A stretch of DNA of 64,000 nucleotides from Marsupella aquatica. Lineage: Eukaryota > Plantae > Marchantiophyta. Location of the stretch: NCBI GenBank assembly GCA_973895155.1, contig OZ316891.1, forward strand, positions 19,431,048 to 19,495,047, in the 5' to 3' direction. Below the pieces are notes generated by a model. It was not told the origin of the DNA. It saw only the letters and a program-made list of their open reading frames with translations, and made no database searches. A program made the translations under genes and the position numbers. Positions 14,693 through 27,510 of the stretch are shown piece after piece. The stretch's first letter is position 1; each line of letters begins with the position of its first letter.

Positions 14693-15376
14693 ACCTCCAT
14701 TCAGTACTTTGAGACACCCAACTTGATGTTTTGGCTGTTCAGCTACTGACTACAGTATTTAACTGTCGAGCAGAGGGGTTCATAATTGCTATGTGGAGAC
14801 CACCTTGACCCATTAATGGTGGTCAGAGGCCCCATTAATGCTGTTGTTCCGTTAAACCCTGAAGGAGGAGTTCGACACGAGCGTACTCAGGCTGCAGAAT
14901 TTTGCATCATGACGTCCTGAATTGGGCCACGTGCCTCATCGATGCAGTCGGCATCTCTATTCGCTCTCATGTGATCCAACAATCCAAGTGTCGTGAACTT
15001 TGGGTACTTCTGCGCCCTCTGATCCATTCCCAAATAAAAAAAGTCTTTCCGACGTGAAACGATCGATGCATCACACATGCTGGAAGTCTTCTCAAATCCA
15101 ATTCTAACTTCTTGAGATACACGGCCACGATCAAGCTCTCCTTCAATGGCGAGAGGACGATGGTTGGGACTCCCGATTACACTACTGACTCACAAAGGAC
15201 TCCGTCGTTGTTCTGACCTGCAGACTGTCTCAGTTGTATGACGACTTAACGAGGGAGACGGGACTTGAATCTGGAATTCTGGAGCCGTACTCTTGATTGG
15301 TAATGGTCCTGTCACAATGTGTAACTTACTGGATACAAAATAATGAGATGTAGTCGTCGCCAGCATCAATTCGGGG

Positions 15377-18300
15377 TCACTTATGTGGATGATAGTAGGT
15401 TACCACAGTGTACACGGTGGCGACTACAGTGGCCATCAAGGTGAGAAGGACCACCAGGATGACAAATACTACTAATCCTACAAGCCAGGGCCTCGCAAGA
15501 TAGAATTTTCTGAAATCTTCGTAACGAACGTTTCTGGTTTGCGAGCAGTGGTGGGAAATGTTCTCGTACACATCTTGAAACTGGGGGCTTAATGCCAAGA
15601 CATAACCGGTGGGCAACGTTTTCCACATATCGGCCACCGCTTTGTTGCTGCCCAGGCTGTTGGCTCTAATGACGCCCGATTCAATCAATAACTCCACGTC
15701 TTCTTCTGTATCGATTAGATTGTCCATGAGATGAATGTAGGACAAGAGATCGTTCCTCTTTTCCACGACGTGCTCGTAGGCCACCAAGTTTCTAAGAAGT
15801 CCCTCTGTTTCGACGAGCACGTCTAACGCAGGAAGGTACAGTGTTCCCTGGAAACCGTTCCTACTTCTTTTGAAAGAGACCTCCGAAATGTATCTAGTTT
15901 TTCCTACGGCTACTTGAATTCCGACCCTTCTCAATTGTGTCAAAGCTGGAATGTGGTCTATCCTTACACCATCTTCTGTAGTTCGACCCTGAAACGAGGA
16001 ACAGATGGAAATCCAGAGAATTCATTAGATCCCTCTACTCAGATTCATCTCGTATTTCTAGAACAGAAACAACAACAGATAACTACTGAACTGGAGAAGG
16101 CTGTTTCATCCATCAGCCGCTCCACCTAAATTAGGACCTTGGAGACAAATGAAATAATGAAGAACCGCGTACTGAGTCGAACCTACCGTCGATAGAATTG
16201 GAAAGAAAGACCTCTCTACTAACTATGGACACCCCATCGTAAAGTTTTATTGAACCTTCACTTGATTGCTGATCACAATCTGAAGCAGACACCACATCTC
16301 AGAAAAAAAATACGCAGGCCCGGAATCGGCCCAAATGAGATCGACCAAAGGCACTATTCTATCCAGTAAAAAATATAGGGGGTTCTGTCTGTGACGACCA
16401 GACGTAGACTTCTCAGAATCAATCCACTTCGAAAGCGGCAATTTAATTGGGCAGACCAGAATTTAAGCGAGAGAATCCTGTCATGAGAACGGGAGCTGAT
16501 ATTCGCATGGCAAAGGAGAGCTCTGCAAGGATTGATCAAAAGGACCTATAGCCGAAGCATCTTCAGCTCGACGGCGAGTAGGCTCGACAGCATAGTAGAA
16601 GATGGCGACACTCGATTCGGTCTTTCTTCTAAGATACTGACATTACAAGGATGTACGAAGTCCTCGCCCAGTATCAACAGCCTAGTTTAAAATGTAAAAA
16701 AGCACGAGACTCATAGATGTTATGCACAAGCCTAGCAACAGAGCTCCCGTTCGGGCCCAGACAATGCCACTTTTGAAAAAAGGTTGGTGACCAACAGACA
16801 TGTCGGGAGATCTGGATTGATTTTCACGTACCTGTGAAGGTGCGCAAAGCAAGCACCTGCCGACGAAGGCACACAACGAACGACGGGGTTTTGGCGGGCG
16901 TGCATTTTGATTACCATACTGGCAATTGAATCCTGGAGTACATTCTGACAACGAACGTCGGGATGGAGAAGCGTCTCCTCCGCAGTTCAGCGATGGAAAC
17001 CGCTCGGACCTCGAGCGTCGATTTTCGCTTTCTTCTTCGACTTCTCCTGGTTCCGACATGCAATAGCAGCGCCAGCTAGAGCCGGGGCTGCTAGTACGTT
17101 CTTGCCGGGTAGGTTTGTCAGGCAATTCCGGAACATTGACGGTCGTCTGCAAATTCGGCTGCGCAAGTTCTTGAACGACTAGATTGGGTTTCCTACCACT
17201 TGCTTGTCCCTGCCCAAGTTCATGAACCATTAGATTGGATTTCCTATCACTCGCTGGTCTACTGGATAGCTGGCTCCGCGGTGAGGACGGCTCAGAATCT
17301 AGTGACCACGCACTCCCGTCCCCAAATACCCGTGGTGACGCAATCCATGGCCGCAGCGTGTACAAATTAGAGCCTGGGGGACCTCGTAAAGGTTCAGGTA
17401 ACCGATGTGCGACCATCTTCTCCTTCCCTTGGCTGCCGAAAAACTCTCTGCGGCTAGAGTGACCGTCTGGTGTGGTCACCCGGAACCCATCGACAGCTTG
17501 ATTCTTTCTGGGCAGAGAAGCAGGGGACGCCTGCGCTTCAAGCTTTGAAGCAGGGGACTCCTTTTCTACGCTTGAAGCACGGTCTGTAAAACTGGAGGAT
17601 GCTAGTGAAATTCCCGCTTGCTGTGACGTCGAGCTTGGCGTTCCTGGCTGAGCGACTGATAGGGGAGAGGGTGCTGGTTGACTAGGGGCTGCAGCATAAG
17701 GGGTTCCTGGGGTGCCTGGTACATTGTCTGGATGTTGCGCCATGGCTATTCTCTCCAGGCTGCTGTGCCCGGACTCACGCTCGTCAACCCTCCTCTTTCC
17801 TTCCCCGAAACGACTCTCAGGTGAGAATAACCTCGTCATGTCTTCTCCCCGGAAAAGGAATTGAACTCGTTCGGCTTGATTTTTGAATGAAACATTTCCA
17901 GACCCCTGGGGCTGCGAATCTTCTATAATTTCTTGGGTGGGAGGGACCACGGAAGACCTGGATAAAGAGCTCTGATTCCCTAATTCCTTGCGCCCCTGCG
18001 ACTCAGTGCGCAGACTACTCGTTTCGAACGGTAGGCGTGCCGAGGCCTCAGGAGCGGGCTCTGTCGAGACTCTAGTCGACTCCGCTTTTGAACCACCAAT
18101 TTCATTTTTGCGAGTTTTCTCGAGAGGCTTGAGGGGATTGTAACAGATTACGTCATACAGACAGTGCAGCAAATGCTTGCATTCTCTAAAACTAACCTTC
18201 TGGATTGTCTCCCTCAGCACAAGAAACCCTGGAAGATTGGAGTAGACCATTTCCACAGCATCCATGACAATCTTGTGAAGCGGATCGACAACATCGTCGT

Positions 18301-19048
18301 CGCTCTTGTCAGAGAGTATGCGACGCAGCCTGGACTTCTCCGCAGTGGACATTAAATCCACGACATTGCGAATCAGCTCGAGTGGAATCTGATTTTGGAA
18401 CAAGAACATGTCGAAAAGAACGAGGCCTCTCCGACTCCACAAGGGTTCTCTTTGAATCACCTCGGTGATGAGTGGGTACTGCTCTCTACATGTCGTGCAA
18501 ATGGCCTGGTGACTTCCTTGAATAAAGCAGACCACAAACACTGCATCCAAACACAACAAATTCGTCACGGTTTCCATGTCTCTTTCAGGAACCACTTCTA
18601 AGTCGTCGTAAAACCCAACCTGACTCATGACTGATCCTCCCACAAGCTTCCCGCATACTCGAGACCAACGTCGAATCCCTACAATGTCCTTAAAAACGCG
18701 GGCGAGTTCATAACGGTGATCGTCGAGCCGGGAGACTTTCCTCTCATGAAGATCATACAGTCCGAAGGAGAAGAACTTTGGAGTGTAGCTCTCTTTATTG
18801 ACTTTTAGTAGGTGCGTGGGCACCTTGAAGATCGTGGAACCAGCGGTCCCATGCTTGTTCCTGGCCCGCCGAGGCTGCTTGTGCTCAAGTTCGTTCCCGA
18901 TGTTGACGACCCAGTTGCGCAACTCTTGGCTGATCAACACGCCGGGACTCTCTGGAACTTCCTCCTCCATCTCCAATCCTAGGATCTTTCCTAGCTTTCC
19001 AACAACTGATTTGGTGACCTTGTCCAGGTCGTACTCAAAATGAAACAT
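15377..19048 (-). CDS. DUF247 (UPF0481-like) plant protein with a C-terminal transmembrane helix and a long low-complexity insert; exons 19048-16832 and 15988-15377
   Basis: The N-half carries DUF247 motifs IFKVP..L...NKESYTPKFFSFGLY, LLCLDAVFV, FDMFLFQNQIPL and CKHLLHCLY. The C-half carries IPALTQLRRVGI, GTLYLPAL, LRNLVAYE, SYIHLMDNLIDTEEDVELL..GVI and a hydrophobic tail. A CAG|GTACGT donor at 16832 and a TTTCAG| acceptor at 15988 join the halves in phase 0. The start codon is uncertain. Confidence 0.9.
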
Positions 19049-20303
19049 TGGATGGTTCCTCCTCGACACGCTTGTTCACTTCCATGATCAATAGGCCCGG
19101 AGCAATGACACCGGGCTCCATCATGTTCGATCCGTTCGGCAAGGGATCGAGATTCTAGTCGATCATCTGTGACAAAGCTCTAACTTGGCTCAACCTTTTT
19201 CTAAATCACAATGAAGAGTGCCATCAATCATCATGATCGATCTAAGAGCGGTAAATCAGCACAAACCTATAGACTGAGATGAAATCCCGTTGTTTGTCAG
19301 TATATCCTCTTCTCCAAAACCAAGGGGAGGAACCACTACTATAGGTGGCAACACATGTAGATCATGGTGGCCAGATCTAATGTATGACAAGACTGCTCCA
19401 GAGCATTACTTTGGATGCTTCATGAGTGCTTCCACTAATTTGGACAGTCAGGTCCTTTTCAGAAGAGGTCACCGAGACAATTTTCAATCTTGAGAAATGT
19501 ACTGGAGTCCATTGAAAAGTGGACATTATGTCATTTGCATTATTTCACAGCTGCCTCAACGATGTGACTTTTTGCTGAGCCTTTTCCATCAGCCCCGGAC
19601 TCTCGGAGGGTGATACGCAACGGCGTTGGTTCATTACCATCTGCCAGAGCCTTTGGTAGCACTGTAAGTCATTGGAGCAGCCGGATCGCTAGAGTGTTGT
19701 TGCATACCCATCTGTAAAAACTCTTCAAAAGCTTTCTCAGATTGTCCACTGCAAGTCAGGGTCACGAATATTTACCTAACCGATCACTTGGGTTGGATGA
19801 GCTGATGAGCACTGCTGTAAGCTCTCCATCGTCCATCGAAAAGTTGGCTTGCTGGACGAGGGACTGTCCACTGGCGGCTCCTAGAGGAGCAATTATTATG
19901 GCCCCAGTGAGTGAGCGCAAAAGGAGGAGGAGAGCCCAATGTTTCCGCGTGCTCGATCTGCACTCTTGATAAATAGCTGCCTCCATTGTTGCAGTTCTCG
20001 TGGCTTGTTTGTCGTTCACGGTCCAATTCTAGCCTTCAATGCTAGAATTCTTTCCATTCGTACACGAGAGGAATGATGTAGAGCCGCAATTACAGTTGCC
20101 AGGGAGCGGTCACCGGTCAGCATTCTCTTCTCATGCTCCTGCTCCGACTGCAGCACTATTAACTTATTGCTCCACAGTCCACACAATGCCGACATTGCAA
20201 CTCGTGCTTCATCATTTCATGAACGCTCGAATGGATTCTCAGTCGACTCGTAAAGAAAGTGACACCCACTTCTTGTAGACTCGAGGTTTCGCTCATATGC
20301 TTC

Positions 20304-20842
20304 GACAGATTTGTAAACCGGGATTGACTGCATCCAACCGTTGATATGCGCTGGGATGACATATGTTACACTACGGATTAGAAAAGAGAGTGTAGCGAAC
20401 GACAGATTTCTAAACCGGGATGGACTGCATCCAACCGTTGATATGCGTTGGGATGACATATGTTACCATAGGGATTAGAAAAAGAGATTGTATAATGATT
20501 CTCCTATTAAGTTACTTCAATTATTTCTAAGTACCTGAGAAAGGAAACATTAATGTATGTAAAAATATAGCGAACGACAGATTTCTAAACCGGGATGTAC
20601 AGCATCCAACCGGATGAAATATGCTACACTAGGGATTAGAAAAGAGAGTGTAGTGAACGACAGATTTCTATACCGATGGACTGCATCCAACCGTTGATAC
20701 GGCTGGGATGAAATATGTTACACTAGGGATTAGAAAAGAGAGTGCAGCAAACGACAGACTTCAAAACCAAGATGGACTGCATCCAACCGTTGATATGTGC
20801 TGAGATGACATATGTTACACTAGAGATTAGAAGAGAGTGTAA
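20304..20842. repeat. Tandem repeat, about 97-bp unit, 5 diverged copies, one interrupted by an AT-rich insert
   Basis: Unit GACAGATTTCTAAACCGGGATGGACTGCATCCAACCGTTGATATGCG(C/T)TGGGATGACATATGTTACACTAGGGATTAGAAAAGAGAGTGTAGCGAAC starts near 20304, 20401, 20576, 20659 and 20753. Confidence 0.92.
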
Positions 20843-22873
20843 AGTGAAGTTTAAGTGGTGATAATGGAGAGGTATATGCTTGATAGACCCCTTAGCTGGA
20901 AAACCTGGTGTGATGGCCCATGAAACATTAGTTAGAGTTTGTCAGATGTTCTTGTGATAATTCTTGTAAAGTGCATCCCTTCATTGTAGACCTGGAACTT
21001 GTTACATGGTAGATTTATGGGAGAAACTATGGTGAAATGTTATCGCAGTGACAAGGATCCATGCCTTTTCGCTACCCAGTGATGAAATGCTGAAAGTCTA
21101 GGGAAGGCTGAAATTGTGATTTCTGTTGTAAAATTCAAACTCAAAGTGAAGGCACTATAGGTAATTCTTCTGGAAAAAAAAATTCAAATGCTGGGGGAGA
21201 AACATCTCATTCAATGTCTATCACAAGGTTTTGATTGTGTCCGAGCATTGAGATGTGCAGGATAACATGTTTTACACTGATGATTAAAAATTAATTGTGT
21301 GAACCAAAGTTTGAGCACTCAACTATTCAACACCCACTTTAACTACTTGAAAAGGGTATCAAATGGGAATTTTTAGCATCTCTATATTGCTCAATTCCAA
21401 TTGCATTTGAGAAAGTTATGAGTGCCAAAAGTAAGCTTGGTTAGGCAGCCAGTCTGACCTTGTTTTCATGTTCTTGTGACTGTAAAGTGGATGAGGTTCA
21501 TCTTAATTGAATGATCTAGGGGCAAAGTCCATCTTGGACTCCACTGTACTTATAATCGCAACATAGCAGAGTACTCTAAAAAAGTGAGCAGTAAGCTTTG
21601 ATGGGGTCTCAATCCACACCTGCTTAGAAGGGATTTCTAAGCTTGCATCTGAATTTTGACTGGGATAATACAACTTTGGAATAAAATAGCTACACTTTCC
21701 TTCTAATAACAGTTGTGGTTCCAATCGGATGTCGTACAAATACACATCTATACACAACTACAGTAACCCTTGTTGCTCAGCATCTAACTGATGCAAACTA
21801 AAAATTATCAACACCTCAGAACCAAATGCACAAAGTAGTCCATACTATGCATTCATGGAACCTTTGCAGTCTGCCTCCTCCGTTGAGCAAAGCCCACCCC
21901 CTGGCCATTCGAGACTCCAGGCCTACAGACACAACAAAACCCTGCCAAAAATACTAAATGTTCACATGCCAACCCACATCACTCCGCAACTTAGAAAATT
22001 AAGGAGCCATTCTCCTCTCCTCAAAGGTACACCCCTCCCATGGCACCTGAAGTGGTAACCTGCATGCATTGTCACTCAAACCCAGGTGACCACTACTAGC
22101 AGTGGGTGACCTGGATTCTTTTGAGACCCAAGTTTGTGGTCTCAATTTTTTCTTGGCGTGGTTTGCTGGGGTTCCCTGGTGCTGCTGCAGATCATGCATG
22201 GGTACCCGCCCCCGCCGCCCCCCCCCCCCCCCCCCCTGGTCTACCTTTGTCTTGGTCCATCTTGCAGGTGCTGGCATTTGTGGCTTCTTGCTGGGTAATA
22301 ATTAGGGGTCTAGTTAGAGACTCTTGTAATTCTGAAAATTCAGGGAAAAATCCATGTCATCTCATAAATTCTTAACCATTGGATCTGTGTAATTGGACCA
22401 TCTAGATTCTTATCATGTGTGAGCACTTGTGTGAACAGTTAAGTGGGACAAAAGTATCACTTCAATTCTCAGCCATTGGATGTTTATGATTGGAGCATCT
22501 AGATGCTTTGCATGTGGGAACACATGTGGGACAAAAATGGGAACTAATGTCAGATTGCATTAGATAATGTCCATGCATTCATGTCATGCCAAAATAGATG
22601 CATGTCTCCCATTTTGCTTAACCATACCATGCCAAAGTGAATGAGTGCAATTAACTTTCCCCCCATTCCACGCCTCCACATCTATTCTCCACCAAATCAT
22701 CATCATCAAACACTACAGTACAAGTTCCCCCCCCCCTCCTAAATCCCCCTTTTTTCTTTAACTTTTGTCCTTTATAAAATGAGGAAGGAGTGTGGGTAAA
22801 TCGTAGCACTTCATCAAAACATAAACTTTTTTGGTGCCATCAGATCCACCAAGACACTCCTCTCACTACACGA

Positions 22874-23126
22874 TGATTGGATATTATGCACAACTACCTC
22901 AATATCAATCACCCATTTACAATGTTATATAATCCCTATAATCAACCATTAAAGGGCTCTATAAAAATATTTGAAGTTTTGGATGATTGGACATTATTTG
23001 ACAATATTTGGGAAGTTTTCGTTGATTGGTATTGAGCTAGTTTTGCATAATATCCAATCACCCAAACTTCAAATATTTTTGTAGAGCCCTTGCTGGTTAC
23101 TTATAGGGATTATATAACATTGTAAA
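22874..23126. repeat. Nested long inverted repeats (foldback / MITE-like relic)
   Basis: 22874-22911 is the near-perfect reverse complement of 23023-23060. 22916-22997 is the near-perfect reverse complement of 23047-23126. Confidence 0.88.
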
Positions 23127-24504
23127 AAAAAACACTCAACTAAGATTTCCCCCCAAGTCCTTGCAACACTTAATTGTTCCCATTTCTTAATAAAAATGGG
23201 GAATGAAGAAAAATAGTGTTGAACTTGATGGCAAGCTCAAAAATTCCAAGATGAGTGAGAGAAAAAAAGGGAAACAAAAAAAGAAAAACTACTATTATTG
23301 ATTTGAGAATTTCATCTCAACTTGAACTATTGAAAATTGCATAATCTAAATATATACTTTGCCAGTTTTCTTGTCATCTTCTTCCATTGTTGATTAAGGA
23401 AACTAGCTATAGTTAGCTTGAAATATTTTGAATGTCTTGAACATCTAACCTGGTCTTTCCATTGGATTGTCGTCCATGTCCTCTACTGTAAGTGCAACAC
23501 CCTTTCCAACCCTTGACAGTGGATTGGGTCTCTTACTTTGCCCCACTCCACCCCTCCTGATTTGAGTCCTGGTTGGCTGGCCCACTCCCGTTCGCTGTTC
23601 AAGGGAGGGAGAGCGTATCGGCTAACTTGAGGATGGTGACAAACATCCCATTATAAGAAACTCACAAGATGTTCACCATTGGATGATTCCAAACTAGCCA
23701 GGTTCCTTTGCTTAATCAACGGTGGAAAATGGGTTGGAATGTCATTATTTAACACAAAATAGTGATCGACAAAGTATCCAATTCTATCATTCCTTTTGGT
23801 GTCCCTCAAGCTTGTATTTGACCTAAGGCTGTAGTACGCAACAAGAGCATACAAGAACCTTCAAATCAAGTTAGACTTATTCAGAGTATTTGTAGTAGTG
23901 CAATCCATGCATTGACTAGATAAGTCCAAATATAAATACAAATTCTTCCACAAAGACACAAATAAAGCTTCTTCCACTTAGAAGGCAGTTGTGTCCCAAT
24001 TTGTGACTATCTCTGGAAAACTAATCAATGGTTAGCTTTGCATTGTTTTATTCCCGACTTTGACCTTCATTGATACTAAGATTTTAACAAAGTATACCAG
24101 CATTGAAGTGAATACAAACAAAGCTTCCTCTCGGGCTTCTTGAGGCATGTGTGTATGAAAAAATTACAATTAATATATGTTAGCTGGCTTGAAGTAACAA
24201 CCTTTTTGAACTTCCTTGTGTGCAACTCTTCTGAACTTTCATGTGAGAACTCTAAGCGGATTGTAGGAGTGTGATTCCCCACCAATCAAACAAAACTTGC
24301 TTGTGCACCAAAGATGACTAAACCAACTTCATCATTGAGATCATGTTTGTGCTTTTTAAATTTACAATCAATGCTGACATACTTTGTTAAAATCTTAGTA
24401 CCCTAACAGATTCAAGCTGACCTCAAAATTTAAAACAACTTTGCCCAATTTTAATTTCATTTCTATTAATAAAAATGGAACAAATTTCCTAATTTTTTGG
24501 CACC

Positions 24505-24610
24505 AAACAAATTTTGCCTTTCAGTAGAGTCCAATTGATAGGAAAATGGTTGTTTGGCAACAAACAAATTTTGCCTTTTCGTAGAGTCCAATTGATAGAA
24601 AAATGGTTGG
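24505..24610. repeat. Tandem duplication, about 57 bp, 2 copies
   Basis: CAAACAAATTTTGCCTTT..GTAGAGTCCAATTGATAG.AAAATGGTTG occurs twice. Confidence 0.8.
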
Positions 24611-24900
24611 AAATTAAAGCTCAATGTTACGAACACATCCCAACTAGACCCACATACTGGTTTTGCTCATGCACTTTACACAGACATGACATAAGAAAAA
24701 CTTTTGGGGGATGGTTGAAGCTCCCCAAGACCATAATGGTTGAAAAGAGATTTGAATGGCTGGCTATCTGTTTTAAAACCTCGTTTGTACTTTAAATAAC
24801 AAGTTTCTTTAGAAGTCATGCTCACATTTTGGGTTGGCAGTTCATCAGTGCGTTAGGTAGTACTAATTTAGGTGGTCCATAACACTTTTTGGAGAGTTTA

Positions 24901-25192
24901 GGGTAAACACTGCCTGACCCTAAACTCAGGCTCATGCCTGACCCTAAGTTCTCCAAAATAGCATCAGACAGAAAACTCACCATAACTACCATCATTTTCT
25001 GATGAGGCTGCTCCACTCTCAAAGTAGGAGGTTGATTACGGAAAAAGTTAGAGACATGAGATAAGACCAATTCTTACATTAATTAAATAGTGCAATTGTG
25101 TGGCTAGTTGCAAAGCTCTCTGGGGTTCTCTGGCAACAAACGCACCAACCAACCATGTTACTTAACGGGCTAACATAGGCAGTGTTTCCTCT
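24901..25192. mobile_element. Possible small MITE relic with short terminal inverted repeats
   Basis: GGGTAAACACTGCCT at the left and AGGCAGTGTTTCCTC at the right form an 11-bp perfect core inverted repeat. The TSD is not clean (TTA/TCA). Confidence 0.35.
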
Positions 25193-26169
25193 CAACCCAC
25201 CCAGAAATGGCGGACCAGAACACATGGCTGCAGGTTTTAATTTTACAAGGCTCGGTGGGAATCAGGATAAAAGAACTAGTCACCCAAAAGTGGGGTACCA
25301 GAGCTCTTGAGGTTTTAGTTTATCCGGGCTCGGTGAGGATCGAAAAACTTGATTTCTGGGCAGTAGTAGTTCCCAGGCATTCCTCGCTACCGGTGCGAAT
25401 GCTATTAGTGAGAGTAACACTAATTGTGGTGAACTTCGTACATTCGTGATGGATGCTGCCTCAGTTGACGTAATTGAGTGAGATTTTACAATGCAGAAAG
25501 ACGGGATAATTTCGTCACTAGACAATGTCGAAGCAGTCCTTGGTAGGCAGGTCAAAGTCACCAGGAATCCTACTACTGAAACGACCAGATACGCGAATCA
25601 GGAGTGCAATTGATGAAGTTACAAACACGAGGCCAGCATTCCGATTTCCCATATCAGCTTCACTGACAATGACTCGCCGCAAAACGTCAATCTATTGGAA
25701 TTTCCCTCACCTTCAACTGTACATGTCTACAAAAAATGTCAATCTACAGAACTACGACGATTATGCTACAGATTCGTTTGGTCGAACAGTGGAGCCCCAA
25801 CGGGCACGATATCTGAAAGTGCCTGTTGTAAAATTGGAGAGGAGTCTGGAGGATGTCCACGAAGTGTGGAGAAACGGAGATATTCGTGCTGGAGTAGGAT
25901 TCGAACGTGAGCCGATGGAATCCAGGCCGTGGCACTCGATTTGTCAGGTAATGCATCCTTCACGACGGACGACACGAAGTTTTCTGGAAAAGAATCAGCT
26001 CCTCAAACATGGCTACTTCGAAAATTGAAACACCGTGTTGAAGAGCTTCATCCGTGGATTGCAGAGCATAAATTCCGCTTCATCAAACTCAATTCGAAAA
26101 CCCGTTTCCAGTCACATTGGTAAGAATTGCCCGCTCGAGGCTGTTGGCCAATACACAACTCCAACGTCC

Positions 26170-26805
26170 TCACTTTCTCATTGTGTACGTCCCCGAAATC
26201 TTGAGATTCCCCTCTAATTTTGAAAACAGAAACTTCAAGCCGTTGCTGAGCTCTAAAGTTGCACCGTAACGCAAACCCTTGACAAAGCTACGGTCCCCGA
26301 AGACTTCCTCCAACTCTTCATTTGAGAGAAGAAGTTTCAGCTGCTTTGGTCCCGACGAGGCCTTCTGAAAGAGCTCGTCGCCAACCAACGCCTCGATAAC
26401 GAGTTCTGTGATGCCAAAAACCTCGACTGGAACCAACCGTGCTGAGCCACATCTTGCGCTGGGCTTGTATGCCATTTGATTGAAGACCTGTGACTGAATT
26501 GACCTTTTGAGCTGTCGAACCTGCTCCATAAGTGGCGTCGATGTCGACGATGTTAAGGGATGAGCAGCTCCTGCGGGACTAGAGGCTGCCTGCTTCTTGG
26601 CTGACTTGAGCTTGCGTTGCAGTTCTGCTAATTGCGCGTCCTTCTTACTCAATTGCTCCTCTTTCTCAATCAACATCATCTTGAGCTCCTGGACATCGTC
26701 GCAAGATTCCCAGGGCCGCACGCGCTTGGTACTCAAATTACCAGATGCACATGACCACCCTTGCCTAGACATGGTGGCTATCTCGTCGTCCCCGGAACTC
26801 GACAT
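26170..26805 (-). CDS. Uncharacterised protein (about 211 aa): N-terminal coiled coil, A/S/P linker, compact C-terminal alpha/beta domain; CDS has no intron
   Basis: Open 636-bp frame with protein-like composition (ELKMMLIEKEEQLSKKDAQLAELQRKLK coiled coil). A TTTTTCAG acceptor lies just upstream of the ATG (about 26817) and a CAG|GTGAAG donor near 27029, suggesting a spliced 5' UTR. Confidence 0.7.
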   Translation of the reverse strand: MSSSGDDEIATMSRQGWSCASGNLSTKRVRPWESCDDVQELKMMLIEKEEQLSKKDAQLAELQRKLKSAKKQAASSPAGAAHPLTSSTSTPLMEQVRQLKRSIQSQVFNQMAYKPSARCGSARLVPVEVFGITELVIEALVGDELFQKASSGPKQLKLLLSNEELEEVFGDRSFVKGLRYGATLELSNGLKFLFSKLEGNLKISGTYTMRK

Positions 26806-27510
26806 AGAAGCTCGACCTGAAAAACTCACACACAAAAGCAGATCAAGCTATGAACTCCCAAGCGAATGGAAAGACTAAATAAACAACACCGTCACCAGCT
26901 CGACGCCTCCAAAGCAGCATTCTGCGAGGGAATCAGGAAACCCAAAATTCGCCATAGTTCAGAAAATCGATAGCGATCAGCGGCATGAGCAACAGAGAAT
27001 CAATGCAAAACGCAGGTGAGTTCCTTCACCTGAATCGAAGAGCAATTTCCCTCGCCAGAATTCACCAAAACTTCGAGTCGCTTCTCCCAGAACAACCTAC
27101 AGACTGCTCTGCTCTCCTTCACGTACTAGTGAAGTGAAGTTCTGTACACAATGAGGATGCGAAAGACCGCCATGACTCAAAAGAGAGGAACCACAGGATC
27201 AGCACAGGATCGGAAGCGAAGGTCGATTCCCTGGCGGACTCTTTGAATTCTCCCAATTTGAAAATCTTGGCGCGGCCGGGGCTTCAGCCATTCAAAGAGG
27301 TGTAGGATAGGAGCGGCCTACCGTAGTGCGGGGTGAGGTTAGTAGCCGCGCTCTTTTTTTAGGTGCGAATTTTAGCCAAATTCCATCTCCCCAAAAAGTG
27401 TTCGACACTTTTGGCGAAAACTCGCTAGAATGCTAGATCGTGTGTGTGTCATTCCTAGTAATCACGGTCTTGGTTTCAGGTTACCTGCGTGTAACCTATT
27501 TTGGGGGTCC

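Noticed and set aside
20304-20842. Regularly spaced repeat resembling a CRISPR array
   Set aside because: Whole units repeat with no unique spacers, the context is eukaryotic, and there are no cas genes.
25525-26123. 167-aa plus-strand ORF and neighbouring short ORFs convergent with the orphan gene
   Set aside because: No recognisable domain, several competing frames and stops; may be the 3' region of the orphan gene or a decayed relic.
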